DNA of 60,169 nucleotides from a bacterium (GCA_037134535.1 JBAXMA010000001.1:1-60169); one strand, 5' to 3'. Positions 1 through 9,301 are shown, counted from the first letter of the stretch. Numbers and translations are program-made. Notes: a model not told the origin generated them from the sequence alone.

Positions 1-71
1 CATTTTGCCCACTTCGCCCAAACCATCCTGCGACCCCATGATTTGGAACCGTTGCACGGGCCGAAATATCG

Positions 72-100
72 TTGACACAACTTCAGCAATGTAATACCAT
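72..100 (+). promoter_or_regulatory. candidate sigma70-type promoter (TTGACA, 17-nt spacer, TACCAT) upstream of the first CDS
   Basis: TTGACA at 72-77, 17-nt spacer, TACCAT at 95-100, about 70 nt upstream of ATG 171. Sequence match only. Confidence 0.25.
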
Positions 101-170
101 TAAGGCCAGAGAGTTCAGAGAGGTTCAAATCTGTTGAGCATGATCGTCCGTGACCAGAGGGGCCTTAATC

Positions 171-1811
171 ATGAAGTTTAAGCCGACAGAGTTGGCGTTC
201 ATGTCTGTGACAGCTGCCGTGGTAATCGTTATAAACACATTGGCAGCGAATCAGCCACTGACCTTGCCGTATACGAACGCCTTTGAAATCTCCGATAGTA
301 CCAACTATTTGGACGGCTACCCCATTATCAATGACCGTGGTTGGGGCGCGGCGTACGACATGACAAACGCGGCCGTTATAACCAACTGGGCAGACAGTTA
401 CAACCAGACTGCGGCATTCCCTTTCGCAACACACTCTAGTGTACTGAATGTCGCCGGCACAGTCTCAAACTTCTTCACTGCCGACAACACCCCTGACTTC
501 GTATACATAGATGTTTGCATTAAACCGCAATTGCGTGACAGTCCTCCTACAGATCAGGTTACGCCAGCACCTCAAGCAGCCGCCTATATAAACAGCCAGA
601 GCAATCTCGTGTTTTACTACAGGTGGCGTGACTATAATACTTATGCAGAAGACTATGCGCCACCCCAATGGGCAACCAACACTTTGGTCACTATCTCAAC
701 AAGCGAATGGGTACGACTAACCTTTGAGATGGCCTACAAGAACTATGCGGATGACTTCTTTGGAGCAGGATATTATGGTGACTGTTACTATCGTATCCGG
801 ATCAATGGATCAGACAATTATTTCACTAACATAAACAGTTACGCCATACAGCACACCATGTGGGGTTTTCCATGGGGAAATAACGGCGATGCACCCATGC
901 CAAGAACATGGTTTATGTGCGCTAACTCTGCCATGGATGGTTTCGATGGAAACGGGGCGCCATACCGGGTGCTGTCCTCGTTCACGGTAAGTGGTTCCGC
1001 TCAGGTTGATGATTTGACGATATCGCCCAATCCGCTTTTTCTGATAAACGACACAAGCGTGGTGGGGTCTCCTGTCGGCACGACTAACATGGTGTTTACA
1101 GCCACGCTTAGCGGCATATGCCCGAGTGATGTTTCCCTCGATTTCAAAACTGTACCAGGGACTGCTGTCGAGCTTGTCGACTATATTCCGACCACTGGAA
1201 CGGTTACGATCGCGGCCGGCCAGCTGAGCACATCAATAGTCGTTGTCGTGAACGCCAATACAAACAATATCCAAAAAACATTACAAATGCAGATCCGGAG
1301 ACAATACTGCGCGGGAGACGTCTATACAGCCGCAGTCATCGGCGCAGGAATCATTGAAGCATCCACATCATACGCATCATACACATCCCACGGAACTCCA
1401 ACACTGTGGCTGAACTCTCATGGACTGTCCGCAGGCGACTATGAGGTGGCAGACACGAATGACTCCGACAAAGACGGGATGGCGAACTGGCAGGAATACT
1501 GGGCTGGGACAATTCCCACTAATTCTGACTCTGTGTTGAAAGTCACATCTATTTCAGGGACAACTAATTATACGCTCACCTGGATAGGCAGCACAAACGA
1601 TATCATCCCCCCGACTCCTCCATGGACAATCTACCGAACCACGAACATGCTGGGAGATCCCAATATTACCTGGACGAATCTGCCACCAGCCGTCATTGCA
1701 CGGGATACACACATTCTTGACAGCACCCATTATCGCTGGACCGATCCAGCAGGCACCAGCTACGGCCAGAGGGTGTTCTACAAGGTCACTACAACCACAA
1801 ACGCACCCTGA
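171..1811 (+). CDS. secreted or anchored multidomain protein: jelly-roll (LamG/ConA-like) region, Calx-beta-like domain, DxDxDG Ca-binding motif, C-terminal beta-sandwich
   Basis: ORF 150-1811. ATG at 171 precedes the hydrophobic segment LAFMSVTAAVVIVINTLAA. Calx-beta-like signature TVPGTAVELVDYIPTTGTVTIAAGQLSTSIVVVV. DTNDSDKDGMANWQEYWAGT motif. Ends RVFYKVTTTTNAP. Confidence 0.7.
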   Translation: MKFKPTELAFMSVTAAVVIVINTLAANQPLTLPYTNAFEISDSTNYLDGYPIINDRGWGAAYDMTNAAVITNWADSYNQTAAFPFATHSSVLNVAGTVSNFFTADNTPDFVYIDVCIKPQLRDSPPTDQVTPAPQAAAYINSQSNLVFYYRWRDYNTYAEDYAPPQWATNTLVTISTSEWVRLTFEMAYKNYADDFFGAGYYGDCYYRIRINGSDNYFTNINSYAIQHTMWGFPWGNNGDAPMPRTWFMCANSAMDGFDGNGAPYRVLSSFTVSGSAQVDDLTISPNPLFLINDTSVVGSPVGTTNMVFTATLSGICPSDVSLDFKTVPGTAVELVDYIPTTGTVTIAAGQLSTSIVVVVNANTNNIQKTLQMQIRRQYCAGDVYTAAVIGAGIIEASTSYASYTSHGTPTLWLNSHGLSAGDYEVADTNDSDKDGMANWQEYWAGTIPTNSDSVLKVTSISGTTNYTLTWIGSTNDIIPPTPPWTIYRTTNMLGDPNITWTNLPPAVIARDTHILDSTHYRWTDPAGTSYGQRVFYKVTTTTNAP

Positions 1812-1905
1812 GTCTTACGGATAAGAGAACAGGAATTACGATTAGGTCCTTCTCAAGTTTCATGAGGTGGTTATTGTCTGGTGCGGTATGGCGGCGGCCG
1901 ACATA

Positions 1906-3189
1906 TCACTTGGCCATGTTTGTGACCATGCCTATGATAGGCATAAACATTGCTATCACGATAGTACCAACAATGCCTGCCAGTAGAAGAATCATAATCG
2001 GCTCAATAATTGAAGTCATGGCGGCGACCGCTGTATCAACTTCACTCTCATAGGTTTCAGCAACTTTCCCGAGCATTTCAGGCAATGCCCCTGTTTCCTC
2101 ACCAACCTCAACCATGCTGACAGCCATCGCTGGAAACGCACGTGACTCAGTCATCGGCGCGGCGATTGACTCGCCTTCCTTAACACTTTCGTGAATCTTA
2201 TTCACTGCACGGCTCAGGACCTCGTTGCCAACTGTATCGCGTACAATTGTCAGCGCCTGCAAAATGGGTACGCCAGAAGTCTGAAGCGTTCCCAGCGTAC
2301 GAGAGAAATGGGCCACTGCGGTCAACCGAAGCAGTTTGCCGAAGATCGGCAGGCGCAATTTAAGCCCGTCCATAATAAGCCGTCCTTTTCCAGTCCGGCC
2401 GATCAACTTAATCGTTATCACAACGATGCCGATAACACCGATAATATAAAAACTCTTGTGAACTAGTGTCAAACTCACGCTCTGAACCATCCTCGTCAAC
2501 CAGGGAAGCGGAGCCCCTTGAGTCATGGTTTCGAACATTTTCGCAAACTGAGGCACAATAACAACCATCAGGTAAACAAGTATGCACATCGCAACAAACA
2601 GGACTACCATCGGATATACCATAGCGCCCTTGATCTTACTCTTGAGGCGCTCGGATTTCTCCATATGCTCGGCTAGTCTCAAAAGCACCTGCTCAAGCAC
2701 TCCTCCTGCTTCGCCGGCTTTTACCATATTGATGTAGAACGGATAGAATATCCTCGGCTGCTGGGCAAGCGCTTCAGCAAATGTACTGCCACCCTCAACA
2801 GACTCCTGCACGCTGCTCAGACCTTTTCTGAGAGTGGGATGTGCCTCCTGTTTGAGAAGAATCTGCAGGCCACGCAACAGCGGTACTCCGGCATCAAGAA
2901 GAGTAGATAGCTGCCGGGTAACAACCATTAACTGCTTCGGTTTTACCCTGCCTGCAAAGAAGTCGGCAATGAACGGAGGTAACTTGATTTCTGTGTGAAG
3001 TCCACCGGACTGGACCTTCTTGTCCGACCTGACTGATGCCGTGGTAGTCGAACCTACTTCGCTTACACTGGTAGGAAAGAGGCCCTTGCCTCTTATCATA
3101 GCTACAGCCCTGGATTGGCTCTCTGCCTCCATTACATTCGTCGTCTCATGCCCCTGAGCATCAAGGGCGACGTACCTGAACTTAGGCAT
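1906..3189 (-). CDS. gspF: type II secretion / type IV pilus platform protein (GspF/PilC family)
   Basis: 427 aa. N-terminus MPKFRYVALDAQGHETTNVMEAESQSRAVAMIRGKGLFP and the duplicated T2SS-F architecture with hydrophobic segments are typical of GspF/PilC. AGGAG lies 7 nt upstream of the ATG, which is only 20 nt after the rplQ stop. Confidence 0.85.
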   Translation of the reverse strand: MPKFRYVALDAQGHETTNVMEAESQSRAVAMIRGKGLFPTSVSEVGSTTTASVRSDKKVQSGGLHTEIKLPPFIADFFAGRVKPKQLMVVTRQLSTLLDAGVPLLRGLQILLKQEAHPTLRKGLSSVQESVEGGSTFAEALAQQPRIFYPFYINMVKAGEAGGVLEQVLLRLAEHMEKSERLKSKIKGAMVYPMVVLFVAMCILVYLMVVIVPQFAKMFETMTQGAPLPWLTRMVQSVSLTLVHKSFYIIGVIGIVVITIKLIGRTGKGRLIMDGLKLRLPIFGKLLRLTAVAHFSRTLGTLQTSGVPILQALTIVRDTVGNEVLSRAVNKIHESVKEGESIAAPMTESRAFPAMAVSMVEVGEETGALPEMLGKVAETYESEVDTAVAAMTSIIEPIMILLLAGIVGTIVIAMFMPIIGMVTNMAK

Positions 3190-3209
3190 GGACGTCTCCT
3201 GAAAGGACG

Positions 3210-3647
3210 TCAGTCTTTCTTCTGCGTCTGATCGGTCTGCTCTGGCGTCTTCTTCGTCTTCTTCTCCACTGGAGCAAGACTAACCCATTCAAGAATAACC
3301 ATTTCAGCACCGTCAGAACGACGACGATCCAACTTCACTATCCTGGTATACCCGCCCGTACGCTCGCTGCATGCCGGCAGGACCTGATCAAACAAGGAGT
3401 GAACCATGCTGCGCCGCCGGAGAATCGACTCAATCCGTCTCCATGCATTCAGCTTGCCTGACGCATCTGTACCAGCCTGCTTGGCAAGAGTAACCATCTT
3501 TTCGGCAAGACTCCTCGCGGCTCTCGCCTTTTGAAGAGTTGTCTTTATCCGTCTTTGCTCAATCAATGCACACACCAGCGCAGACACCAGCGCTTTCCGG
3601 TGGGCCATTGTCCTGCCAAGTTTATTGTCTTTGAGACGATGTCTCAT
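3210..3647 (-). CDS. rplQ: 50S ribosomal protein L17
   Basis: MRHRLKDNKLGRTMAHRKALVSALVCALIEQRRIKTTLQKAR matches the L17 N-terminus. Follows rpoA as in the alpha operon. Confidence 0.97.
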   Translation of the reverse strand: MRHRLKDNKLGRTMAHRKALVSALVCALIEQRRIKTTLQKARAARSLAEKMVTLAKQAGTDASGKLNAWRRIESILRRRSMVHSLFDQVLPACSERTGGYTRIVKLDRRRSDGAEMVILEWVSLAPVEKKTKKTPEQTDQTQKKD

Positions 3648-3667
3648 GAGTATGGTCGCTCCAATTC

Positions 3668-4714
3668 CTACGTTGCGGCTGTTTCCTGGGGCAGCGGTGC
3701 TTCTTCTTTTTGTGCAACAAGGAGTTCCGCCAACAGTTCGGGGTCAAACTTCATCCCAAGCTGCAGTCCAAGCTCAGCCAGTTTCATCTTGATCTCATTC
3801 AAAGACTTCTTACCGAAGTTACGGTACTTGAGCATCTGTGCCTCAGTGCGCTGTGCCAACTCTCCTACTGTGGTAATATTGGCATTGTTCAGGCAGTTTG
3901 CAGCTCGAACACTTAGTTCAATTTCATTGACACTCATGTTCAACTTCTTCCGCAAGGCTTCCCGCTCAGCATCAATCTGCTTCTCGCTTTCCTCAAACTC
4001 GATAATGTCCCGGTGATAGCCAACAAATACATCTAGATGATGCCGAAGAATCGCGGCTGACATAGTCAAGGCGTCATCCGCAGATATGCGGCCATCCGTC
4101 CATATTTCCAGAACCAGTCTGTCATAATCCGTTCTCTGGCCGACCCTCGTGTTCTCAACTGCAAAATTGACCCGCCGTACTGGCGAGAAGATCGCATCAA
4201 GAGGAATAGTGCCAATATCGGCATTAGGCTGCTTGTTCCACTCTGCCGGACAAAACCCCCTGCCTACGCGAACGCCGATCTCAATGTCGAGTTTAGCGTC
4301 TTCAGAGAGGGTTGCTATATGCTGGGTAGGATCCAGTATCTCGACGAGACCATCAGTCTGAATATCTGCCGCAGTGACATTCTTCGGACCCTTCACTTTG
4401 ATCCGCAGTGTCTTTGCCTCCCTTGCGCATGAGAGGCGAAGAAGTACCTTTTTCAAGTTGAGCACTATTATCGTCACATCTTCCACTACTCCAGGGATAG
4501 TGCAAAATTCGTGAGGAGCTCCTTCTATCTTCACCGAGCAAATCGACGCACCCTCAAGCGACGATAACAGCACTCTTCGAAGAGAATTGCCCAACGTCCG
4601 GCCATATCCCGCTTCAAAAGGTTCAGCAATAAATTTCCCATAATTAGCAGTAGACGCTACCTCGTCTTTAACCACCCGCTTTGGCATCTCGAAACGACGG
4701 AGTCTTATTGGCAT
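3668..4714 (-). CDS. rpoA: DNA-directed RNA polymerase subunit alpha
   Basis: 348 aa. GRTLGNSLRRVLLSSLEGASI motif and a C-terminal domain with ELSVRAANCLNNANITTVGEL. Operon position rpsD-rpoA-rplQ. Confidence 0.97.
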   Translation of the reverse strand: MPIRLRRFEMPKRVVKDEVASTANYGKFIAEPFEAGYGRTLGNSLRRVLLSSLEGASICSVKIEGAPHEFCTIPGVVEDVTIIVLNLKKVLLRLSCAREAKTLRIKVKGPKNVTAADIQTDGLVEILDPTQHIATLSEDAKLDIEIGVRVGRGFCPAEWNKQPNADIGTIPLDAIFSPVRRVNFAVENTRVGQRTDYDRLVLEIWTDGRISADDALTMSAAILRHHLDVFVGYHRDIIEFEESEKQIDAEREALRKKLNMSVNEIELSVRAANCLNNANITTVGELAQRTEAQMLKYRNFGKKSLNEIKMKLAELGLQLGMKFDPELLAELLVAQKEEAPLPQETAAT

Positions 4715-4733
4715 CTTTTCAGTCCTTCCTCTG

Positions 4734-5363
4734 TTATTTCGAATACAACTCTACGATGAGCTGCTCGTTGACCGTGGGGGCAATTTCTTCCCGTGATGGC
4801 ACCCGGAGAACGCTTCCCTGCAGATTATCCTTGTCAAGAGACAACCAGGAAACCAGCTCCCGGTTCGTCGACTTCTCAACCCACTGCTTCGCATACTCTT
4901 TACTCTTAGCGTTACCCTTTACGCTCACGGCATCTCCTGCACACAGAAGCATGGATGGTATGTCCGCTCTTCCGCCGTTGACCAGCACATGACTGTGCCG
5001 CACAAACTGGCGAGCAGCACGTCGTGACGGCGCAAAACCTAGGCGGTAGACAAGATTATCCAATCTTAACTCCAGCATTTGGAGAAGTATCTCGCCGGTG
5101 ACTCCATGCTTCTCTACGGCTCTCTGAAAGACGAGCCGGAATGGTGTCTCTTGAAGTCCATATGATTTACGCAACCTCTGTTTTTCACTTAGCTGCTTCC
5201 CATAGTCAGAAGACTTACGCTTCCTGGTTGCTCCATGCATACCCGGGGCGGGACGGCCCACTTCCATGGCACACTTGGCCATGTAGCAACGCTCGCCCTT
5301 CAAGAAGAGTTTCATCCCTTCTCTTCTACATATCCTGCACGCTGGTCCTGTATATCTGGCCAT
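4734..5363 (-). CDS. rpsD: 30S ribosomal protein S4
   Basis: MARYTGPACRICRREGMKLFLKGERC N-terminus, 209 aa, alpha-operon position. Confidence 0.97.
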   Translation of the reverse strand: MARYTGPACRICRREGMKLFLKGERCYMAKCAMEVGRPAPGMHGATRKRKSSDYGKQLSEKQRLRKSYGLQETPFRLVFQRAVEKHGVTGEILLQMLELRLDNLVYRLGFAPSRRAARQFVRHSHVLVNGGRADIPSMLLCAGDAVSVKGNAKSKEYAKQWVEKSTNRELVSWLSLDKDNLQGSVLRVPSREEIAPTVNEQLIVELYSK

Positions 5364-5383
5364 GACGATCTCCGCAAAGAGCC

Positions 5384-5869
5384 TTAAACTCTACGCCTTT
5401 TTCTCGGACGACATCCATTGTGCGGCATGGGGGTTACGTCCTTGATCACGCTAATGTTCAAACCCGACGACTGAAGAGCACGGATCGCTGTTTCGCGTCC
5501 GGCTCCCGGTCCTTGTACCCGCACTTCGACTTCCTTCACTCCAAATCCTATTGCCTGCCTCGCCACTTCCTGCCCTACAACACCAGCAGCATAAGCAGTG
5601 CTCTTCCGAGATCCTTTAAAGCCCGCCCGCCCAGCCGAACTCCAAGCCAGCACGCCGCCCTTCGCGTCCGATATGGCAATCATCGTATTATTGAACGTAG
5701 CCCTTACATGAGCAATCGCGAAGGACACATGCCGCAAAGTCTTGACCGGCTTTGGCGCAGGCTTAACCGCCTCGCCTTCTGCCGAGAGAAGCGCGGTTTC
5801 ACCACTCACTGCCGGGTCCTGTTCCGTTTTTTCCTGCTTCTTGGTATCCTGTTTTTTATCGTCTGCCAT
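5384..5869 (-). CDS. rpsK: 30S ribosomal protein S11, with an N-terminal charged extension of about 35 aa
   Basis: Core [30 protein letters not shown]. No alternative ATG/GTG/TTG was found in frame between 5869 and the core. Confidence 0.95.
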   Translation of the reverse strand: MADDKKQDTKKQEKTEQDPAVSGETALLSAEGEAVKPAPKPVKTLRHVSFAIAHVRATFNNTMIAISDAKGGVLAWSSAGRAGFKGSRKSTAYAAGVVGQEVARQAIGFGVKEVEVRVQGPGAGRETAIRALQSSGLNISVIKDVTPMPHNGCRPRKRRRV

Positions 5870-5899
5870 AAACTCCTGCCAGATTACACTATTGCCCGA

Positions 5900-6304
5900 T
5901 TATTCACTGTCTGACTTCATCGCCATCCGAGTGTCTTTGCTACGGACCGCTCCCACCGTCCGCCTCGGACCTTTCCGTGTCCGCGCATTGGTATTCGTCC
6001 TCTGCCCTCTGACCGGGAGGCCCTTCCTGTGCCGTGTCCCACGGTAGCATCCGATACTCACCAGTCGACGGATATTCTGTGAAATCTCCCGCCTTAAATC
6101 TCCTTCAATCCGATAACCGGACTGAAGAATATTAGTTATTCGCGAGAGTTCATCGCTCGTCAGGTCATCCGCCCTCTTTGAGGGATCAACCTTGGCTTTC
6201 GCAACGACTTCTTTGGCTAGCGTCAGGCCTATGCCATAGATGTACCGCAGCGAGTACTCAACTTTCTTCTTACCCGGAATATCCACACCAACCAGTCGTG
6301 GCAT
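5900..6304 (-). CDS. rpsM: 30S ribosomal protein S13
   Basis: [27 protein letters not shown]-terminus, 134 aa. Confidence 0.97.
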   Translation of the reverse strand: MPRLVGVDIPGKKKVEYSLRYIYGIGLTLAKEVVAKAKVDPSKRADDLTSDELSRITNILQSGYRIEGDLRREISQNIRRLVSIGCYRGTRHRKGLPVRGQRTNTNARTRKGPRRTVGAVRSKDTRMAMKSDSE

Positions 6305-6310
6305 ATCTGT

Positions 6311-6424
6311 CTACCCCTGTCTTTGCTTGTGGCGCGTGTTGGTGCAAACCACGCGGACCACGCCTTTGCGGCGCACAACCTTGCACCTCTCGCATATCCT
6401 TCGAACTGAACTACGTACTTTCAT
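6311..6424 (-). CDS. rpmJ: 50S ribosomal protein L36 (not in ORF track, 37 aa)
   Basis: Manual translation of the minus strand from ATG 6424: [37 protein letters not shown], stop TAG at 6313-6311. Canonical L36 with a CxxC...C...H zinc motif, immediately upstream of rpsM. Confidence 0.95.
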   Translation of the reverse strand: MKVRSSVRRICERCKVVRRKGVVRVVCTNTRHKQRQG

Positions 6425-6436
6425 ATTTATCTCTCT

Positions 6437-6476
6437 AAAAAGAAAAGCTGTTTAATCTAACACCCATCCAACAGCC
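6437..6476 (-). terminator. possible intrinsic terminator or attenuator between map and rpmJ
   Basis: On the minus strand GCTGTT (6475-6470) pairs with AACAGC (6452-6447), extendable by G-U pairs. The loop is 17 nt and is followed by TTTTCTTTTT (6446-6437). The stem is short and the loop large. Confidence 0.3.
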
Positions 6477-6495
6477 TGTCCACAACTAAAACGAC

Positions 6496-7254
6496 TCATG
6501 TCAAAATTTCTGCCGCACCATCCTGCACCGCCACAGTGTGCTCAAAGTGGGCTGATGGCTTCCTGTCCACCGTCCGGACTGTCCATCCGTCGCCCATGAC
6601 TTCAACCGCAGCACCTCCCATGTTAATCATGGGCTCCAGTGCCAGCGTCATACCTGTTCTCAGCGTAACACCTCTGCCGGCCTGACCAAAATTCGGCACT
6701 TGCGGATCCTCGTGCAGTGCTTTCCCCACGCCATGGCCCACAAAGTCCCGCACAACAGAAAACCCGGCTTTTACAGCTACCGACTCAATCGCATGAGAAA
6801 TATCGTAGAGACGATTCCCTGCTCGAGCCTTCTCAATGCCCGCCTTCAATGCCTCTTCCGTTACAGCGACCAGACGTATAACATCAAAGTCAGATACGCC
6901 CACCATCACTGTAGTCGCAGTGTCCCCAAAGTATCCTTCAAACTGCACGCCAACATCAATACTGACAATGTCCCCTACCTCAACGCGCCGCTTTGCGGGG
7001 ATCCCGTGCACAACTTCATCATTGATTGACAGGCATATGTTTCCCGGATACGGACAAACTGACCTTGATCCTTTATATCCGAGAAAAGCACTTCGAGCTC
7101 CACTCGCCGCGATAATCTCAGCTGCATACTCATCCAGTTCTTTAGTCGTTATGCCTGGCGCTACGCGCTTTACAACTCTGTCGCGAACTTCTGCGGCGAT
7201 CAGACCGCTTTTTCGCATGCGTCCGATCTCCTCAGGGCTCTTCACAATAATCAT
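6496..7254 (-). CDS. map: type I methionine aminopeptidase
   Basis: 252 aa. Metal-ligand context VVHGIP, DIVSIDVG, GHGVG, EPMI and HFEHTV. Position adk-map. Confidence 0.95.
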   Translation of the reverse strand: MIIVKSPEEIGRMRKSGLIAAEVRDRVVKRVAPGITTKELDEYAAEIIAASGARSAFLGYKGSRSVCPYPGNICLSINDEVVHGIPAKRRVEVGDIVSIDVGVQFEGYFGDTATTVMVGVSDFDVIRLVAVTEEALKAGIEKARAGNRLYDISHAIESVAVKAGFSVVRDFVGHGVGKALHEDPQVPNFGQAGRGVTLRTGMTLALEPMINMGGAAVEVMGDGWTVRTVDRKPSAHFEHTVAVQDGAAEILT

Positions 7255-7916
7255 TATTTCTTCAACATCTCAAGAATCCCGTTCGTGATAACATCACGAT
7301 GCATCGATGCGTCAATCCGAACAAGTTTTCCGGCTTTTTCGTAATAGGCAACAAGACTTTCTGTCTGCTTACTGAACACTTCTAGCCTGTTAAGAATCGT
7401 AGCCTCTTGATCATCTGCCCTCTGGTAGAGCTGTCCCTGGCAGAGATCACATACACCCTCTACTTTAGGAGGAATATTGATCACGTGAAAATTTCGCCCG
7501 CACTTCCTGCAGATGCGGCGCCCAGTCAACCGACTTATAAGAAGTTCCCTCGGCGCTGCAAGGAAGAAGACGTGCGTCACCATTCCACCACGCCTCTTAA
7601 AACTGTCTTCAAGCAGCTTTGCCTGCTCCAATGTTCGCGGGAATCCGTCAAACATGTACCTGACATCTTTTGAGCCACCATCAAGCCTGGCTTCAACTAT
7701 TTTCACGATGACATCGTCAGGAACCAATTCACCTCTCTTCATAAAGCCTTCTGCAAGCTTGCCCAGAGCGGAACCATTCTTAAGAGCATCACGCAGCATA
7801 TCGCCTGTAGCAAGATGGATATATTCAGTCGCCTGAACCACTCCCTCTGCCGTAGTCCCTTTCCCTGCGCCTGGCGCTCCCAAAAGAATGATAGCTTCCA
7901 CTTGTCTCTCTCCCAA
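7254..7916 (-). CDS. adk: adenylate kinase (zinc-lid type)
   Basis: P-loop LLGAPGAGKGT. Lid CRKCGRNFH...CDLCQGQLYQRADD. Position secY-adk-map. Confidence 0.95.
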   Translation of the reverse strand: MGERQVEAIILLGAPGAGKGTTAEGVVQATEYIHLATGDMLRDALKNGSALGKLAEGFMKRGELVPDDVIVKIVEARLDGGSKDVRYMFDGFPRTLEQAKLLEDSFKRRGGMVTHVFFLAAPRELLISRLTGRRICRKCGRNFHVINIPPKVEGVCDLCQGQLYQRADDQEATILNRLEVFSKQTESLVAYYEKAGKLVRIDASMHRDVITNGILEMLKK

Positions 7917-7930
7917 CCGACGCGCCTTTT

Positions 7931-9301
7931 TCAGCGACGACCGCTCCCTTTGAGCCGGCCCTTCCTGAGAAAACCGTCATAGTGTCGCATAAGCAGGTGC
8001 GACTCCACCTGACGCATCGTGTCCAACATCACACCCACAATAATGAGAAGACTGGTTCCACCGAAAAACTGCGCTACTTCATATGGTATCCTGAACAATT
8101 TATTCAGAAGAGTCGGTATTACAGCTATCGCCGTCAGAAATATCGCACCGGCCAGAGTCAGGCGACTCATAGTCTTATCGAGAAACTCCGCAGTTGGTCG
8201 CCCTGGCCTGATGCCAGGAACGTAGCCACCATGCTTCTTAAGATCATCAGCGATCTGAACGGGATTAAACTGAGTTGCCACCCAGAAGTAGGAGAAAAAC
8301 ATTATCAGTGTACCATACATTGCCATGTAAAGCCAACCCTGCCTGTTGAGCATATCTGCAAGATCTTTACACCACTGAACCTGAAACCAGCTGAGAATCA
8401 GAGGCGGAAACATCAGTAGCGATGAAGCAAAAATCAGGGGCATCACGTTAGCATAATTCATTCTCAGCGGCATGAAAGTATTCTGACCTCCATAGACCTT
8501 GCGGCCTACGACTCGCTTCGTAGTAGTGATCGGAACCTTGCGTTGCGACTGCGTCACAGCAACCGTCGCGGCAGTGACAACAAACAGTGTACCGACCAGG
8601 GCAATCAGGAGGAACGGGTTGAATGATCCTGTACCGTGGAACATATCCCACAGTCCCATGATCGCCTGTGGAAGCCGACTCACGATATTAACCGTGATAA
8701 TTAACGAGATACCATTACCGATGCCACGTTGAGTAATCTGCTCGCCCATCCACATTATCACCATCGTACCAGTTGTCATGGATAGAATGGTCATCAGTCT
8801 GAATCCCCAAATGCTCATCTCCGGGGAGATTAGCTGAGTGCCAGCCGCCACCGCACCGAACAGCATTTCCGGGTGCTCTATCGTCTTTGTAAGAGCAAAA
8901 CTCTGGAGGATACATATGCCGAGGGTAAGATACCTGGAATATTGCGTAATTTTCTGCCGACCTACATCGCCTTCGCGTGCCAGACGTTCCAACGCCGGCA
9001 CCACTGCAGTCAGAAGCTGAAGAACAATTGATGCGCTAATGTAGGGCCAGATCGTTAACGCGCCGACTGAGCACTTGCGAAGCGCTCCGCCACTAAAGAG
9101 GTCAGCCATGCCAAGCAGATTTCCTGCACCTGGATCCGACTGCTCAACAGCGCGCCTAACCAGCAATTCCAATGCATCCGCCATTACGCCAGGTGTCGGT
9201 ATATTTGCAACCAGACGCTCAGCAATAATCAGAGCGAACGCGAACAATATCCGCGTCCTCAGCTCAGGAATTTTAAACGAATTTCTAAATGCAGAAAGCA
9301 T
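7931..9301 (-). CDS. secY: preprotein translocase subunit SecY
   Basis: 456 aa polytopic membrane protein. N-terminus FKIPELRTRILFAF. Position rplO-secY-adk. Confidence 0.96.
   Translation of the reverse strand: MLSAFRNSFKIPELRTRILFAFALIIAERLVANIPTPGVMADALELLVRRAVEQSDPGAGNLLGMADLFSGGALRKCSVGALTIWPYISASIVLQLLTAVVPALERLAREGDVGRQKITQYSRYLTLGICILQSFALTKTIEHPEMLFGAVAAGTQLISPEMSIWGFRLMTILSMTTGTMVIMWMGEQITQRGIGNGISLIITVNIVSRLPQAIMGLWDMFHGTGSFNPFLLIALVGTLFVVTAATVAVTQSQRKVPITTTKRVVGRKVYGGQNTFMPLRMNYANVMPLIFASSLLMFPPLILSWFQVQWCKDLADMLNRQGWLYMAMYGTLIMFFSYFWVATQFNPVQIADDLKKHGGYVPGIRPGRPTAEFLDKTMSRLTLAGAIFLTAIAVIPTLLNKLFRIPYEVAQFFGGTSLLIIVGVMLDTMRQVESHLLMRHYDGFLRKGRLKGSGRR

Noticed and set aside
122-131. 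GGTTCAAATC, a tRNA T-loop-like string near the window start (possible tRNA fragment or att site)
   Set aside because: The flanking bases do not form a T stem or an acceptor stem, and no integrase or direct repeat lies nearby.
1812-1905. Convergent spacer between the first CDS and gspF, examined for a bidirectional terminator (GAGA-AC-AGGA...TCCT-TCTC, 1826-1853)
   Set aside because: The stem is bulged, the loop is 12 nt and there is no clear T/A tract, which is too weak to annotate.
3191-3211. Two GACGTC hexamers flanking the gspF Shine-Dalgarno sequence (potential 6-bp stem sequestering the RBS)
   Set aside because: The stem is too short and the self-complementary hexamer is common. There is no supporting evidence.
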